DNA of 64,000 nucleotides from an uncultured Bacilli bacterium (GTDB lineage Bacteria > Bacillota_I > Bacilli_A > RF39 > UBA660): positions 29,911 through 93,910 of the forward strand of contig CAKOSN010000004.1 in the NCBI GenBank assembly GCA_934102255.1, given 5' to 3'. The notes under the pieces were generated by a model. It saw only the letters and a program-made list of their open reading frames with translations, did no database searches and was not told the origin of the DNA. The translations under genes and the position numbers were made by a program. Below, piece by piece: positions 46,081 through 55,427 of this stretch; position 1 is the first letter of the stretch; each line of letters opens with the position of its first letter.

Positions 46081-46339
46081 CCCTTTTACTGATTATCTTC
46101 CCCATTTGGACTTGCATGGTGAAACAACTGCTACTACAGTTTATTTAGTTGAATCTTTTATAAGAGATAATCTTAAATTAAAAAATAGTAAAATTGTTAT
46201 CATTCATGGTAAGGGCAGTGGTGCTTTAAGAAGTAAAACACATGAAATACTAAAAAGAAATAAAAGGGTTAATAAATATTATATTGACGGTTTAAATGAC
46301 GGACAAACTATCGTCGAATTAAACATAAATGCAAAGTAA
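46064..46339 (+). CDS. Smr-domain protein
   Basis: LDLHGET......V..FI and IIHGKGSGALRSKTHEIL. Confidence 0.75.
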   Translation: MRKIIDPFTDYLPHLDLHGETTATTVYLVESFIRDNLKLKNSKIVIIHGKGSGALRSKTHEILKRNKRVNKYYIDGLNDGQTIVELNINAK

Positions 46340-46363
46340 GTAGAACTTTTACTTACTTTTTTT
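46334..46363 (+). terminator. rho-independent terminator
   Basis: AAGTAAGT...ACTTACTT stem followed by a T-run, overlapping the stop codon. Confidence 0.7.
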
Positions 46364-46524
46364 GGAAAATACTTGCAAATATTCTCAAAATAGTCTATAA
46401 ATATTAGTGAAAAAAGTCATTTGAATTTATTATTTCTTAATAAAAAAATAAATAATTAAATAGTAAAATTTAGATAGACAAAAAGAGTTTATTAATGTAA
46501 AATTTAAGTTGTGAGGCATGAGGT

Positions 46525-47268
46525 ATGGAAAACGAAGAAAAATTAATGGGTTCAAGAATAAAGAAATTAAGAAAAGACTCAGGAATGAGTCAAGAAGAAC
46601 TAGCAGGTAAACTAGGTATTTCCCGAAGTTACTTTTCTAAAATAGAAAATGACCAAAGAGGATTATCTATTGATATTATGCAAAAAATCTGTCGGATTTT
46701 TAATATTTCAATGGATGAATTCTTTAATAATGAAGAAGAAAAAGATACTTATTTAGAAACTGAAACTAAGAAGTTTCATAAAAAGATAGATAGATTTTAC
46801 TTTCTAACAGTAACTATGTTTACCTTAACAGTTTTATTTGTTTTATTAAGTATTTATTTCTTTAATAATTTTAATAAAATTAGAGTATATATATTAAACG
46901 GAGAAAGTGATTCATTTACTTATACTAATGGAGTATTTGTTGAATCTCGTCAAAAATTCATTTTAAAAATTGGTACTTTTGATATTAAAAATGAAAGTAT
47001 TAATGAAGATGATATTGTAAATGTTGAATTTAAAATAGATGATGAGTTGATAAAAGGTCAAAATAGTTTCTTTACTGGTATTAATGTTGAAGATTATAGT
47101 TTTGATGATTTATTTACTAAAAAAGGGTATAAGAACAGTAAGTTTAGTGTTGATATAACTTATAAATTAGATGATAAAGAATACACAGAAACTATGCTAA
47201 TAAATAAAGATTTGGCTATCAGTAATAACAAGTTAATATATCCTAAAGGAGAAACTAAAGAAAAGTAA
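46525..47268 (+). CDS. membrane-anchored XRE-family HTH regulator
   Basis: HTH_3 (MSQEELAGKLGISRSYFSKIENDQR), a TM helix (FLTVTMFTLTVLFVLLSIYFF) and an extracytoplasmic domain. The architecture matches 21464..22204. Confidence 0.7.
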   Translation: MENEEKLMGSRIKKLRKDSGMSQEELAGKLGISRSYFSKIENDQRGLSIDIMQKICRIFNISMDEFFNNEEEKDTYLETETKKFHKKIDRFYFLTVTMFTLTVLFVLLSIYFFNNFNKIRVYILNGESDSFTYTNGVFVESRQKFILKIGTFDIKNESINEDDIVNVEFKIDDELIKGQNSFFTGINVEDYSFDDLFTKKGYKNSKFSVDITYKLDDKEYTETMLINKDLAISNNKLIYPKGETKEK

Positions 47269-47377
47269 TTATATCTCTTCTAAAACGTTTTATTTAACCT
47301 AGTGCTATTGGCATAGCGTAGGTTGATTTTATAAGGCTATCTAAGGTAATTGGGTAGTCTTTTAAAGTCTAAAAATC

Positions 47378-47406
47378 TTGACATAATGTAAACTATGCGC
47401 TATGAT
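47378..47406 (+). promoter_or_regulatory. consensus sigma-A type promoter
   Basis: TTGACA (47378-47383), a 17-nt spacer and TATGAT (47401-47406). Confidence 0.55.
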
Positions 47407-47433
47407 AACTCACAACAAAGAGGAGGATAATGC

Positions 47434-48222
47434 ATGGAATGGATAAGAGGTACAGAATTAGAAGATATTAGATATTTGAATAAATCCACTGATGAAGAAT
47501 GGAAAATAGTGAAGAACTTTATTTTATGTGGTGATTGCAATTCCTTAGAAGAAAAAATTATTTGCTATAAAAACATGTTAGAAAATCATAATTGGTATGA
47601 GACTAGTCTGGTAGATGCTATCTCTACAAACGATATAATAGCGGAAGCGGTAGGTGCTTTCCTTAAGTTTATTTTCTTGCTCGCAGTATTTACTGACAAA
47701 ATGCCCAAAGTTATAGCCGTTTTCTTGGTAAGCGATATTATTCTTTATAGAGTGGTCAATAAAATAATTAGTATTAAAAAGCATAAAGAGGCAAAAACTA
47801 TTTTATCTGAACTTGAAAATCAATTAAAAGAACAAGTAAAAGATATTTATCAAAGAGATGATGAAATCATCAGAGAAATTTCTAGTACTTTAGATACAAT
47901 CGCCCAAGTAAAATATCCCGGCTACCAAAGTGATTTATATGAATTACAAAATATTGCCCATCAATATGTTAAAGATATTAAGTCTAAAAAAATATTAACC
48001 GTAGCCGAAAAAGTAGCAATATTTAAAAAAATTTTGGACCTTGATATTGAAAATAAAATAAAGTTTTATCAAAGGAGTAAAGAAATTAATTATCAGATTC
48101 AAAATATTGTTGATAGAAAATTGGATACTTTAAATATCGATGATAACCCCAAATATGATATAGATTTTACTAGTGATTTTAGTGATAAAGGCCAAGGGCT
48201 AACTTTAAATAGAAAGAAGTGA
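47434..48222 (+). CDS. hypothetical membrane protein, tandem paralog 1
   Basis: GAGGAGGA RBS. Shares EEW.IV.NF, Cys-containing ICYKNML.N..WY, a TM region and YPGYQSDL with the next ORF. Confidence 0.55.
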   Translation: MEWIRGTELEDIRYLNKSTDEEWKIVKNFILCGDCNSLEEKIICYKNMLENHNWYETSLVDAISTNDIIAEAVGAFLKFIFLLAVFTDKMPKVIAVFLVSDIILYRVVNKIISIKKHKEAKTILSELENQLKEQVKDIYQRDDEIIREISSTLDTIAQVKYPGYQSDLYELQNIAHQYVKDIKSKKILTVAEKVAIFKKILDLDIENKIKFYQRSKEINYQIQNIVDRKLDTLNIDDNPKYDIDFTSDFSDKGQGLTLNRKK

Positions 48223-48228
48223 TTTAAT

Positions 48229-49095
48229 ATGGAATTGGTAACAGAATTTGATTTACTTGGTACTCGCGCCGGAAATAATTGTACTGTTGAAGAATGGCAT
48301 GTTGTTGAAAATTTTCTAATAAAAGGATATTGTTCCACCAAAGAAGAAGCCTTAATTTGTTATAATAATGTTTTAAAAAATGAATTTTGGTACAGACATA
48401 GATATAATTCCATTTTTCTTTACAGTTCAAAAACAAAGCCCACAGTTAAATTTGCTCTTACCATTGCTTGGCTTTTTTCATCATTTCCTATATCAGCAGT
48501 AATTACCGCCATAGTAGAAAAAAATAATGATGAAAAGGCTTCTAAACGTATTGAAGAAATCAAAAAAACGTTAGAGGCTGAAATAAATAAAACCAGAACC
48601 TATATTAATGTTTCTGATAGCAAAGAAGAAAATTTGTTTTTAAACTATGTTAATAATCTTATCGATTATATTATTGCTGCTAAGTACTCTGGCTATCAAA
48701 GTGATTTAGCCCAAATTAGAGAAATAACTTACACCTACGCAAAAATTAGTCCCGAAGAAACCCATGACTTAGATTTAGCATTTTTTAAACGCCAAGAGTG
48801 CTACTCTAGACTTGCTAAAATACAGTTAAATGCTTACTTAAAAATTGAAGAAATGGTAAAAATGCAAGAGGCTAATAATGAAGAGCAAATTTCTGATAAT
48901 AAGCAAAATCATTTAGAACAACAACTTAAAAATTCAATTGATAAAAAGATTGAAGAAATATTAGATACAAATTTGGATGATGAAAAGATTACCGAAGATG
49001 TTAAGGCTAATGTTGAAGAGTATAGCCAATATGAAAAGAACATACGAATCATGATAGATACGGCTGCTCAAAAAAGGCTGGTTAGAAAGTTGTAA
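48229..49095 (+). CDS. hypothetical membrane protein, tandem paralog 2
   Basis: EEWHVVENF, ICYNNVLKNEFWY, a TM region and YSGYQSDL match the ORF upstream. Confidence 0.55.
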   Translation: MELVTEFDLLGTRAGNNCTVEEWHVVENFLIKGYCSTKEEALICYNNVLKNEFWYRHRYNSIFLYSSKTKPTVKFALTIAWLFSSFPISAVITAIVEKNNDEKASKRIEEIKKTLEAEINKTRTYINVSDSKEENLFLNYVNNLIDYIIAAKYSGYQSDLAQIREITYTYAKISPEETHDLDLAFFKRQECYSRLAKIQLNAYLKIEEMVKMQEANNEEQISDNKQNHLEQQLKNSIDKKIEEILDTNLDDEKITEDVKANVEEYSQYEKNIRIMIDTAAQKRLVRKL

Positions 49096-49184
49096 AATTA
49101 AATGTTTTATAACTTTTTTTAGGTTCTTTAATTTTAAATGTATAAAACCTTAGAAAAATTTCCATAATTTGGTTAGGTGATGTT

Positions 49185-49958
49185 ATGGGAAGATATAAAG
49201 TAGATATTGCAGGTATTAAAACGAGTAGTCTAAAAACACTAACTAATGAAGAAATGAAAGAATTATTTATTAAAATGCATGAAGGAAATACTTTATGTAA
49301 GGATGCTTTAGTCAATGGTAATTTACGCCTTGTTTTATCCATAGTCCAACGTTTTGATAAAAGTAAGTATAATGTTGATGATTTATTTCAAATTGGTTGT
49401 GTAGGCCTTATAAAAGCCGTAGATAATTTTGATATTAACTATAATTGTCTATTTTCAACGTATGCTGTGCCACTTATTATGGGAGAAATTAGAAGATATA
49501 TTAGAGATAATACTTCCTTAAGAGTTAGTAGAGGGATTAAAGATAATGCTTATCGGATTTTAAAGTTTAAAGAAGAATATTTAAAAGAACATGATAGAGA
49601 ACCTTCTTGGCAAGATATTGGCCAGGCTTTAAATCTTAGTTTATATGATATAAAAGGAGCGATGGACTCCTTAGTAGCGCCGGTAAGTATTTTTGAACCA
49701 ATTTATAATGATGGGGGCGATACCATTTATTTATGTGATAAACTTGCCGATAAGAGTTTCGATAAAGATAAAGATTTATTACTTACTTTAAGAAAAGCCT
49801 TAACTAGTTTAAAACAGCGCGAACAGATAATTTTAGAAGACAGGTATGTTATGGGGAAAACGCAAGAAGAAATAGCGGCCACTTTAAATATCAGTCAAGC
49901 CCAAGTTTCGAGAATTGAAAAAAGTGCTATTAGCACTCTTCGTCATATTATCAAATAA
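49185..49958 (+). CDS. sigG: sporulation sigma factor SigG
   Basis: KVDIAGIKTSSLKTLTNEEM, LVNGNLRLVLSIVQRF, DDLFQIGCVGLIKAVDNFD, FSTYAVPLIMGEIRRYIRDN, FEPIYNDGGD and ISQAQVSRIEK closely parallel B. subtilis SigG. Confidence 0.9.
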   Translation: MGRYKVDIAGIKTSSLKTLTNEEMKELFIKMHEGNTLCKDALVNGNLRLVLSIVQRFDKSKYNVDDLFQIGCVGLIKAVDNFDINYNCLFSTYAVPLIMGEIRRYIRDNTSLRVSRGIKDNAYRILKFKEEYLKEHDREPSWQDIGQALNLSLYDIKGAMDSLVAPVSIFEPIYNDGGDTIYLCDKLADKSFDKDKDLLLTLRKALTSLKQREQIILEDRYVMGKTQEEIAATLNISQAQVSRIEKSAISTLRHIIK

Positions 49959-50345
49959 TTATTTTATTTTTTTATTTATCTCATTTAAATTTAGATAAAT
50001 TTTATAGATAACCATTAGGCCTTCAAAAACCATTCTTAAAATAACATTTCCCAAGATTAAAAGTAAAAAGAATAATAAGAAGGAAGTACCAATATAGCCA
50101 AAAGCTGTAATAGTTACATATAAACTACAAAAGATATAAGTAATCTTTAAAATAGGTTCCATAAAGAACTTATTAAAATGTAAGTAATCAAATAATTTCT
50201 TTAAAGGATTACTATAAGTATCTTTGTTACGTTTATCCATAAAAACAGTATAAATAATGATAGTAGCGGCAATAGCAATTATAAATGCAACTAATTTAAA
50301 AGTATAAAAGCCACCAACACTTGTTTTATAAGCGTAATCGTACAT
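49959..50345 (-). CDS. small polytopic membrane protein
   Basis: AAAGGA RBS precedes the ATG at 50345 (MYDYAYKTSVGGFY...). It has three or four TM helices. The track extension to 50396 lacks an RBS. Confidence 0.55.
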   Translation of the reverse strand: MYDYAYKTSVGGFYTFKLVAFIIAIAATIIIYTVFMDKRNKDTYSNPLKKLFDYLHFNKFFMEPILKITYIFCSLYVTITAFGYIGTSFLLFFLLLILGNVILRMVFEGLMVIYKIYLNLNEINKKIK

Positions 50346-50417
50346 ATTAATCGTCCTTTCTATAAATATTTTAACAAAAAATAGATAATTCAGCAATATA
50401 ATTAATTAGGTGATATT

Positions 50418-50648
50418 ATGCATTTATCCGATTTACAGACTAAAGATGTCGTTAATATTAATGATGGTAAAAAAATTGGACGAATAATTGATGCGGTAAT
50501 AAATGATACGGGAATTATTGAATATCTAAGTATTGAAAAAAGAGGGAGTTTAAATAACTTATTTAATAAAGACAACGAAACGACGATTACTTTTAAACAA
50601 ATAAAAAGAATTGGGGAAGATGTTATTTTAGTTGATATTATGATATAA
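50418..50648 (+). CDS. ylmC: YlmC/YmxH-family sporulation protein (PRC-barrel)
   Basis: LSDLQTKDVVNINDGKKIGRIIDAVIND.G.I..L. Confidence 0.8.
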   Translation: MHLSDLQTKDVVNINDGKKIGRIIDAVINDTGIIEYLSIEKRGSLNNLFNKDNETTITFKQIKRIGEDVILVDIMI

Positions 50649-50663
50649 TAAACGAGTGATGTT

Positions 50664-51104
50664 ATGAAAGCAAGTATTATAATAAGTATTTTAGTAGCCT
50701 TATTAGATCAGATAATTAAATTTTTTATAGATAAACAAGTATTATTTAGAGAAGTAATTCCTAATTTATTTAATATTCATAAAGTCTATAATTATGGCGT
50801 AGCCTTTAGTTTCCTAGAAAATAAAAGATATTTAATCTTATTATTTAGTATTATTTTAATATATTTTTTATTTAATTTAAGAAAAGATTTACCAAAGGCT
50901 AAAAAGTATGATATATTATTCGGAGTAATCTTAGGCGGTATTTTAGGAAACTTAATAGATAGGATATTTAGAGGTTTTGTTATTGATTATTTTGAAATCT
51001 TTTTAGGACAATATAGTTTTCCTATCTTTAATTTAGCCGATATCTGTATTACTTTAGGAATAATCATAATGATTTTAATAATGAGTTTGGGGGATAAAAA
51101 ATGA
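50664..51104 (+). CDS. lspA: lipoprotein signal peptidase II
   Basis: NYGVAFSF, GGILGNLIDR and FNLADICITLG. Confidence 0.9.
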   Translation: MKASIIISILVALLDQIIKFFIDKQVLFREVIPNLFNIHKVYNYGVAFSFLENKRYLILLFSIILIYFLFNLRKDLPKAKKYDILFGVILGGILGNLIDRIFRGFVIDYFEIFLGQYSFPIFNLADICITLGIIIMILIMSLGDKK

Positions 51105-52012
51105 TTGTAGATGTAAATGATGTAAGAATAGATAAGTATCTTGCCGATAATACGGATTATTCAAGAAACTTAATTTTAAATTTAATTAAAAATGGTGAAG
51201 TTTTAGTTAATGATAAGAAAATAAAACCTAGTTATAAAGTAAAATGTGGAGATAAAATTACGATTAATAATATTAAAACTGATACTGATGATATTACCCC
51301 TTGGGATTATCCTTTAGATATAGTGTATGAAGATGATGATATCATTATTGTTAATAAACCCAGTGGTATGGTCGTCCATCCAGGTAATGGTAATAAAGAT
51401 CATACTCTTGTTAATGCCTTAAAAAATTATACCGATAAATTATCAGATATTAATGGAGTCGAACGTCTGGGAATAGTGCATCGTATTGATAAAGATACTT
51501 CCGGACTTATTATGGTGGCTAAGACTAATAAAGCCCATGAAATATTAGGACAGTATTTTAAAGAACATAGTATCAAAAGGGAATATATAGCCCTTTTGTG
51601 TGGAGTATTTCCTCATGATACAGCCACCATTGATGCTCCTATTGGCCGAGATGAAAAAAATCGCTTAAGAATGACCGTAACGCCCAATAACAGTAAAAGA
51701 GCCGTTACTCATTTAGAAGTTTTAAAAAGATATAAAGCCGGATTTACTTTAGTAAAAGCCAGACTAGAAACAGGAAGAACTCATCAAATAAGAGTTCATA
51801 CGAAATATATTGGGTACCCAGTTTATAATGATCCTGTGTATGCAAATAAAAGTACGGGTGACTTTGGGCAATTCTTACATTCTTATAGTATGGAGTTTAT
51901 TCACCCCATAACTAAAGAAAAAATGTATTTTAAAAGAGATGTTCCAAAGTATTTTCAAGACTTTTTAGATAAGTTAAATAATGAAGAAACAGGAGAACAA
52001 AATACCCTATAA
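51101..52012 (+). CDS. rluD: RluA-family 23S rRNA pseudouridine synthase (RluD-like)
   Basis: S4 domain, VVHPG, HRIDKDTSGLIMVAK and GRTHQIRVH. Confidence 0.9.
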   Translation: MIVDVNDVRIDKYLADNTDYSRNLILNLIKNGEVLVNDKKIKPSYKVKCGDKITINNIKTDTDDITPWDYPLDIVYEDDDIIIVNKPSGMVVHPGNGNKDHTLVNALKNYTDKLSDINGVERLGIVHRIDKDTSGLIMVAKTNKAHEILGQYFKEHSIKREYIALLCGVFPHDTATIDAPIGRDEKNRLRMTVTPNNSKRAVTHLEVLKRYKAGFTLVKARLETGRTHQIRVHTKYIGYPVYNDPVYANKSTGDFGQFLHSYSMEFIHPITKEKMYFKRDVPKYFQDFLDKLNNEETGEQNTL

Positions 52013-52330
52013 TTTAAAAGTTAATAGATACAAAAAATAGATATTAAATAATAGATAAGGAATACTAAAGAAAAAGTATTTAATATTAACTTTTTTAAGT
52101 TCAATAGCAAGACAAGTATTATTTATAAAATAAAAAATACTAAATATTAAAGATAAATAATAATCATTAAAGTAATAGTAAAATAATAAAATACTAACTA
52201 AAGTAATAGAGTTACTTAAGATAAAATAAATAGTATCATTAGTAATTCTATTATGGTAGAAAGTAGATATTAAAGAAAAGTTGAGTAAAGCAAAACTAAG
52301 AACAAATAATATAATAGTAATAGCGGTCAT
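52007..52330 (-). CDS. small hydrophobic membrane protein
   Basis: AAAGGAG RBS precedes the ATG at 52330 (MTAITIILFVL...). The longer track version would overlap the rhomboid gene start. Confidence 0.45.
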   Translation of the reverse strand: MTAITIILFVLSFALLNFSLISTFYHNRITNDTIYFILSNSITLVSILLFYYYFNDYYLSLIFSIFYFINNTCLAIELKKVNIKYFFFSIPYLLFNIYFLYLLTFKL

Positions 52331-52385
52331 AAATACTCCTTTACTAATTATATGAAGTATAATAAAATAATAGAAGGTGGTTAAA

Positions 52386-53510
52386 ATGAGTTCAATTAGT
52401 ATGGATAAAAAAGATGAAATTGTCATGAAGTTAGTACATTTCTTAGTTACTAAAGAAAACTATACCCCAATAGTAGTAAATGGCGTAAGAAATGAAGTAT
52501 GGTTAGAAAATGTGGAAGGACCATATAAAATAATAAGAATTAATTCAAATTATATACATAATAAAGAGCAGTTTAATTTTGATATATATAAAACTAATAA
52601 TGTTGCTCGTCAAATTAAGAAAAAAACTTTATCTTGGAAGATGAATGTTTTAAATATTTTCTTAGATTTAAATGATAATGTTAAATTAGATAGTATTAAT
52701 TATATTGATAATATTAAAGTAAATGATACCCAAGATTTAGTACATAACGAAACCGTAGTTGAGGCTTTTCCTAATATTGAAAAAGATATCATTAATACGG
52801 ATAATGATGTTGATTTAATAGTTAATGTTACTAATGATATTAATAGTAAGACAGCCAAAGAAAACAGAAAATATGAAGAAGTATTTAAGCCTAAAAAAAT
52901 AGTAGTTACTTATGCTTTAATGGCTATTTGTACTTTAATTTATATTTTACAAATATTCTTTCCGGGTATAACTGCCTTGGGAGCCGTTAATGGTACTTTA
53001 GTAAGAAATGGTCAAGTTTATAGATTAGTTACCGGAATGTTTATGCATGGTTCTATCTGGCATTTACTATGTAATATGTATTCCTTATATGTTATTGGCT
53101 GTGCTACCGAAAATTATTTTGGTAAGAAAAAGTTTTTAATTATTTATTTTGTAAGTGGTATTATTGGTTCAATGTTTTCTTGTATCTTTAATACCGGCTG
53201 GTCACTAGGAGCCAGTGGGGCTATATTTGGTCTTATGGGAGCCTTGTGTTATTTTGGCTATTATTACCGCTTATATATGGGTAAAGCCTTATATAGCGAG
53301 ATTATTCCGGTAATTGTTCTTAACTTAGCCTTAAGTATAATTGTATCTAATATTGATTTTTATGCTCATATTGGCGGTTTGATTGGTGGTGTCTTTATCA
53401 CCATGGGCCTTGGCGTTAAAAATAAAACTGATAAACAAAGTAGTATTAATGGTTGGATAACCTTTGGTATTCTATTTATATTTACTCTTTATATGTTGTT
53501 TTTTAGATAA
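52386..53510 (+). CDS. rhomboid-family intramembrane serine protease
   Basis: GAAGGTGG RBS precedes ATG 52386. It has the catalytic GASGAIFGLMGA and HIGGLIGG motifs and an N-terminal cytoplasmic domain. Confidence 0.85.
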   Translation: MSSISMDKKDEIVMKLVHFLVTKENYTPIVVNGVRNEVWLENVEGPYKIIRINSNYIHNKEQFNFDIYKTNNVARQIKKKTLSWKMNVLNIFLDLNDNVKLDSINYIDNIKVNDTQDLVHNETVVEAFPNIEKDIINTDNDVDLIVNVTNDINSKTAKENRKYEEVFKPKKIVVTYALMAICTLIYILQIFFPGITALGAVNGTLVRNGQVYRLVTGMFMHGSIWHLLCNMYSLYVIGCATENYFGKKKFLIIYFVSGIIGSMFSCIFNTGWSLGASGAIFGLMGALCYFGYYYRLYMGKALYSEIIPVIVLNLALSIIVSNIDFYAHIGGLIGGVFITMGLGVKNKTDKQSSINGWITFGILFIFTLYMLFFR

Positions 53511-53627
53511 AAAGCTGTTGCAGAAATATAGAAATCCTGTAGCAGCTTTTTTTTATCTTAATTAAGTTTTTATTGATATATAGAAAAAAATGTATTAATA
53601 TAGCAAGTATTGTGAAGGGGGATTACT

Positions 53628-54596
53628 ATGAATCCATATCAAATATTAGGTATTCCAATAAATGCCACAGAAGAAGAAATTAAAAATGCTTATCGAAAAC
53701 TTGCTAAACAAAATCACCCGGATTTACATTCGGATACCGAAAGAGAAAACTATAATGCTAAGATGAAGCAGATAAATGAGGCCTATAGCACAGTATTAAA
53801 AAATCATTCTAAAGAAATTGAAGATACTGATTTTTATGGCGATAATAAAGCAACTAATTTTGATGATGACTATTTTTATTATCAAGAAAAATGGCAAAGT
53901 GAATCAGAGGACTTTGAAGAAACTTACCATTTGAACAGTACTGAATCATATATTTTTGATATTATTATGAGCAATGCTAAGACGATTAATAGTATCTTAA
54001 GTCAGTTAAATCAATTAATAGTTAAGGAAACTAGCTACCATAATAAATTAATTGCAATAATCCGTGAATATTTACAAGAATATTATGGAAAAGTAAAAGA
54101 CTATTTGAAATATTATCATAGGACTGATAGATTAACGCCTGTAGATTATGGAAAATTGCGAAGATTTATTAGTAGTATATGGAAAGATAACAAAAGTAAT
54201 GCTTTAACTTGGTTAAATGTTTTTACAAATGCCCTAGAAGAAGAAATATTTCCTGCTTTGAAATTTGCAGAAGAATATCAGGCGTTTATAAAAGAATCAG
54301 AAGACATGCGCAGTAAAATAGAGCTGGATTTTCTTGGAACCACTGATGTTTTAAAATTTTTAGAAGAAAATATAATTGTTTTTATTAGTCGTAGTCAAAT
54401 GTTATATGATACTAATCCAATGTATGAAAGCTGTGATATTAAAGATGAAAATCCAAAATATTTAGCTGGTGATTTTTATAGAAAAGGTGTAGCAGAAATA
54501 GAAGAATCAGATATGGTTGACGATTTTACTAAGGAAGAATCTGCAAAGAGTGATGATGAATCAAAGTTAAAATTAAAAAAGAAAAGCAAAAATTAA
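53628..54596 (+). CDS. J-domain (DnaJ-like) protein with an unknown C-terminal domain
   Basis: [31 protein letters not shown] (HPD motif). There is no Gly/Phe or zinc-finger region. The C-terminal domain is paralogous to the next gene. Confidence 0.8.
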   Translation: MNPYQILGIPINATEEEIKNAYRKLAKQNHPDLHSDTERENYNAKMKQINEAYSTVLKNHSKEIEDTDFYGDNKATNFDDDYFYYQEKWQSESEDFEETYHLNSTESYIFDIIMSNAKTINSILSQLNQLIVKETSYHNKLIAIIREYLQEYYGKVKDYLKYYHRTDRLTPVDYGKLRRFISSIWKDNKSNALTWLNVFTNALEEEIFPALKFAEEYQAFIKESEDMRSKIELDFLGTTDVLKFLEENIIVFISRSQMLYDTNPMYESCDIKDENPKYLAGDFYRKGVAEIEESDMVDDFTKEESAKSDDESKLKLKKKSKN

Positions 54597-54678
54597 AACT
54601 TGGGATTATTCTCAAAAATTTGTTGACACAGAGTGAAATGAGTGCTAGTATAGTGCTCAATTATAGGGGGAGATATTA

Positions 54679-55380
54679 ATGGAACAGACATATAAGCTAG
54701 GATTTTATGAGTCTTTGATTTTTAAGAAAATTATGGAAAACGCTTTAAATGTTCAGGATATTTTAGATGATATGGCAAAATTTACAAAAGCTAATACTGA
54801 TTGTCCAAATAAAACTGTAAGAAGAATGCGTGATGCTTTACAACAATATTTTAAGAAAGTACAAGGCTACATGGTTTATATTGGGTGTACTGATAAATTA
54901 ACTTATGATGATTATAACCGTATACTAAATTTTATAAAAAGCATGATGGATATTGATGCCAAATCAGCTAAATTTTTAGTCGGTAGTTTTGACAAAGTTT
55001 TAAATGAAGAATCATTTCCAGTTTTAAAATGTACTGATGAATACAAAAAGTTAATGGAAGAACTTGTAAGTGTTCAAGCAAATATTAAAGATTTTGGGTC
55101 AACAGCCAACGTTTTAGATTTTCTAGGTAATAATTTAATGGGGTTTGCTAGTCGTAATCAAATGCTATATAAAGCTAATCCTTTATGTGCAAACTATGAT
55201 AACGAAGATAGCACTTTAAATGAAGTAGCTGAAAAATTTTATAATAAATGCTTAATTGAGGCTAGCGACGGCGATGTTTTCTCAGAATTAATAAAGAAAA
55301 ATGCTTTTGATGAATTTGTAAAAGAAGAATATTCTAATAGTAAACAAGGCCCAAAATTAAAAAAAGCTAAAACTAATTAA
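54679..55380 (+). CDS. hypothetical protein, paralog of the J-protein C-terminal domain
   Basis: FPVLKCTDEYKKLMEE...ANVLDFLGNNLMGFASRNQMLYKANP matches [16 protein letters not shown]...[26 protein letters not shown] upstream. Confidence 0.55.
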   Translation: MEQTYKLGFYESLIFKKIMENALNVQDILDDMAKFTKANTDCPNKTVRRMRDALQQYFKKVQGYMVYIGCTDKLTYDDYNRILNFIKSMMDIDAKSAKFLVGSFDKVLNEESFPVLKCTDEYKKLMEELVSVQANIKDFGSTANVLDFLGNNLMGFASRNQMLYKANPLCANYDNEDSTLNEVAEKFYNKCLIEASDGDVFSELIKKNAFDEFVKEEYSNSKQGPKLKKAKTN

Positions 55381-55427
55381 AGATAAGCAAGTAAAAACTT
55401 GAGAGAAAATCCCAAGTTTTTTGTTTT

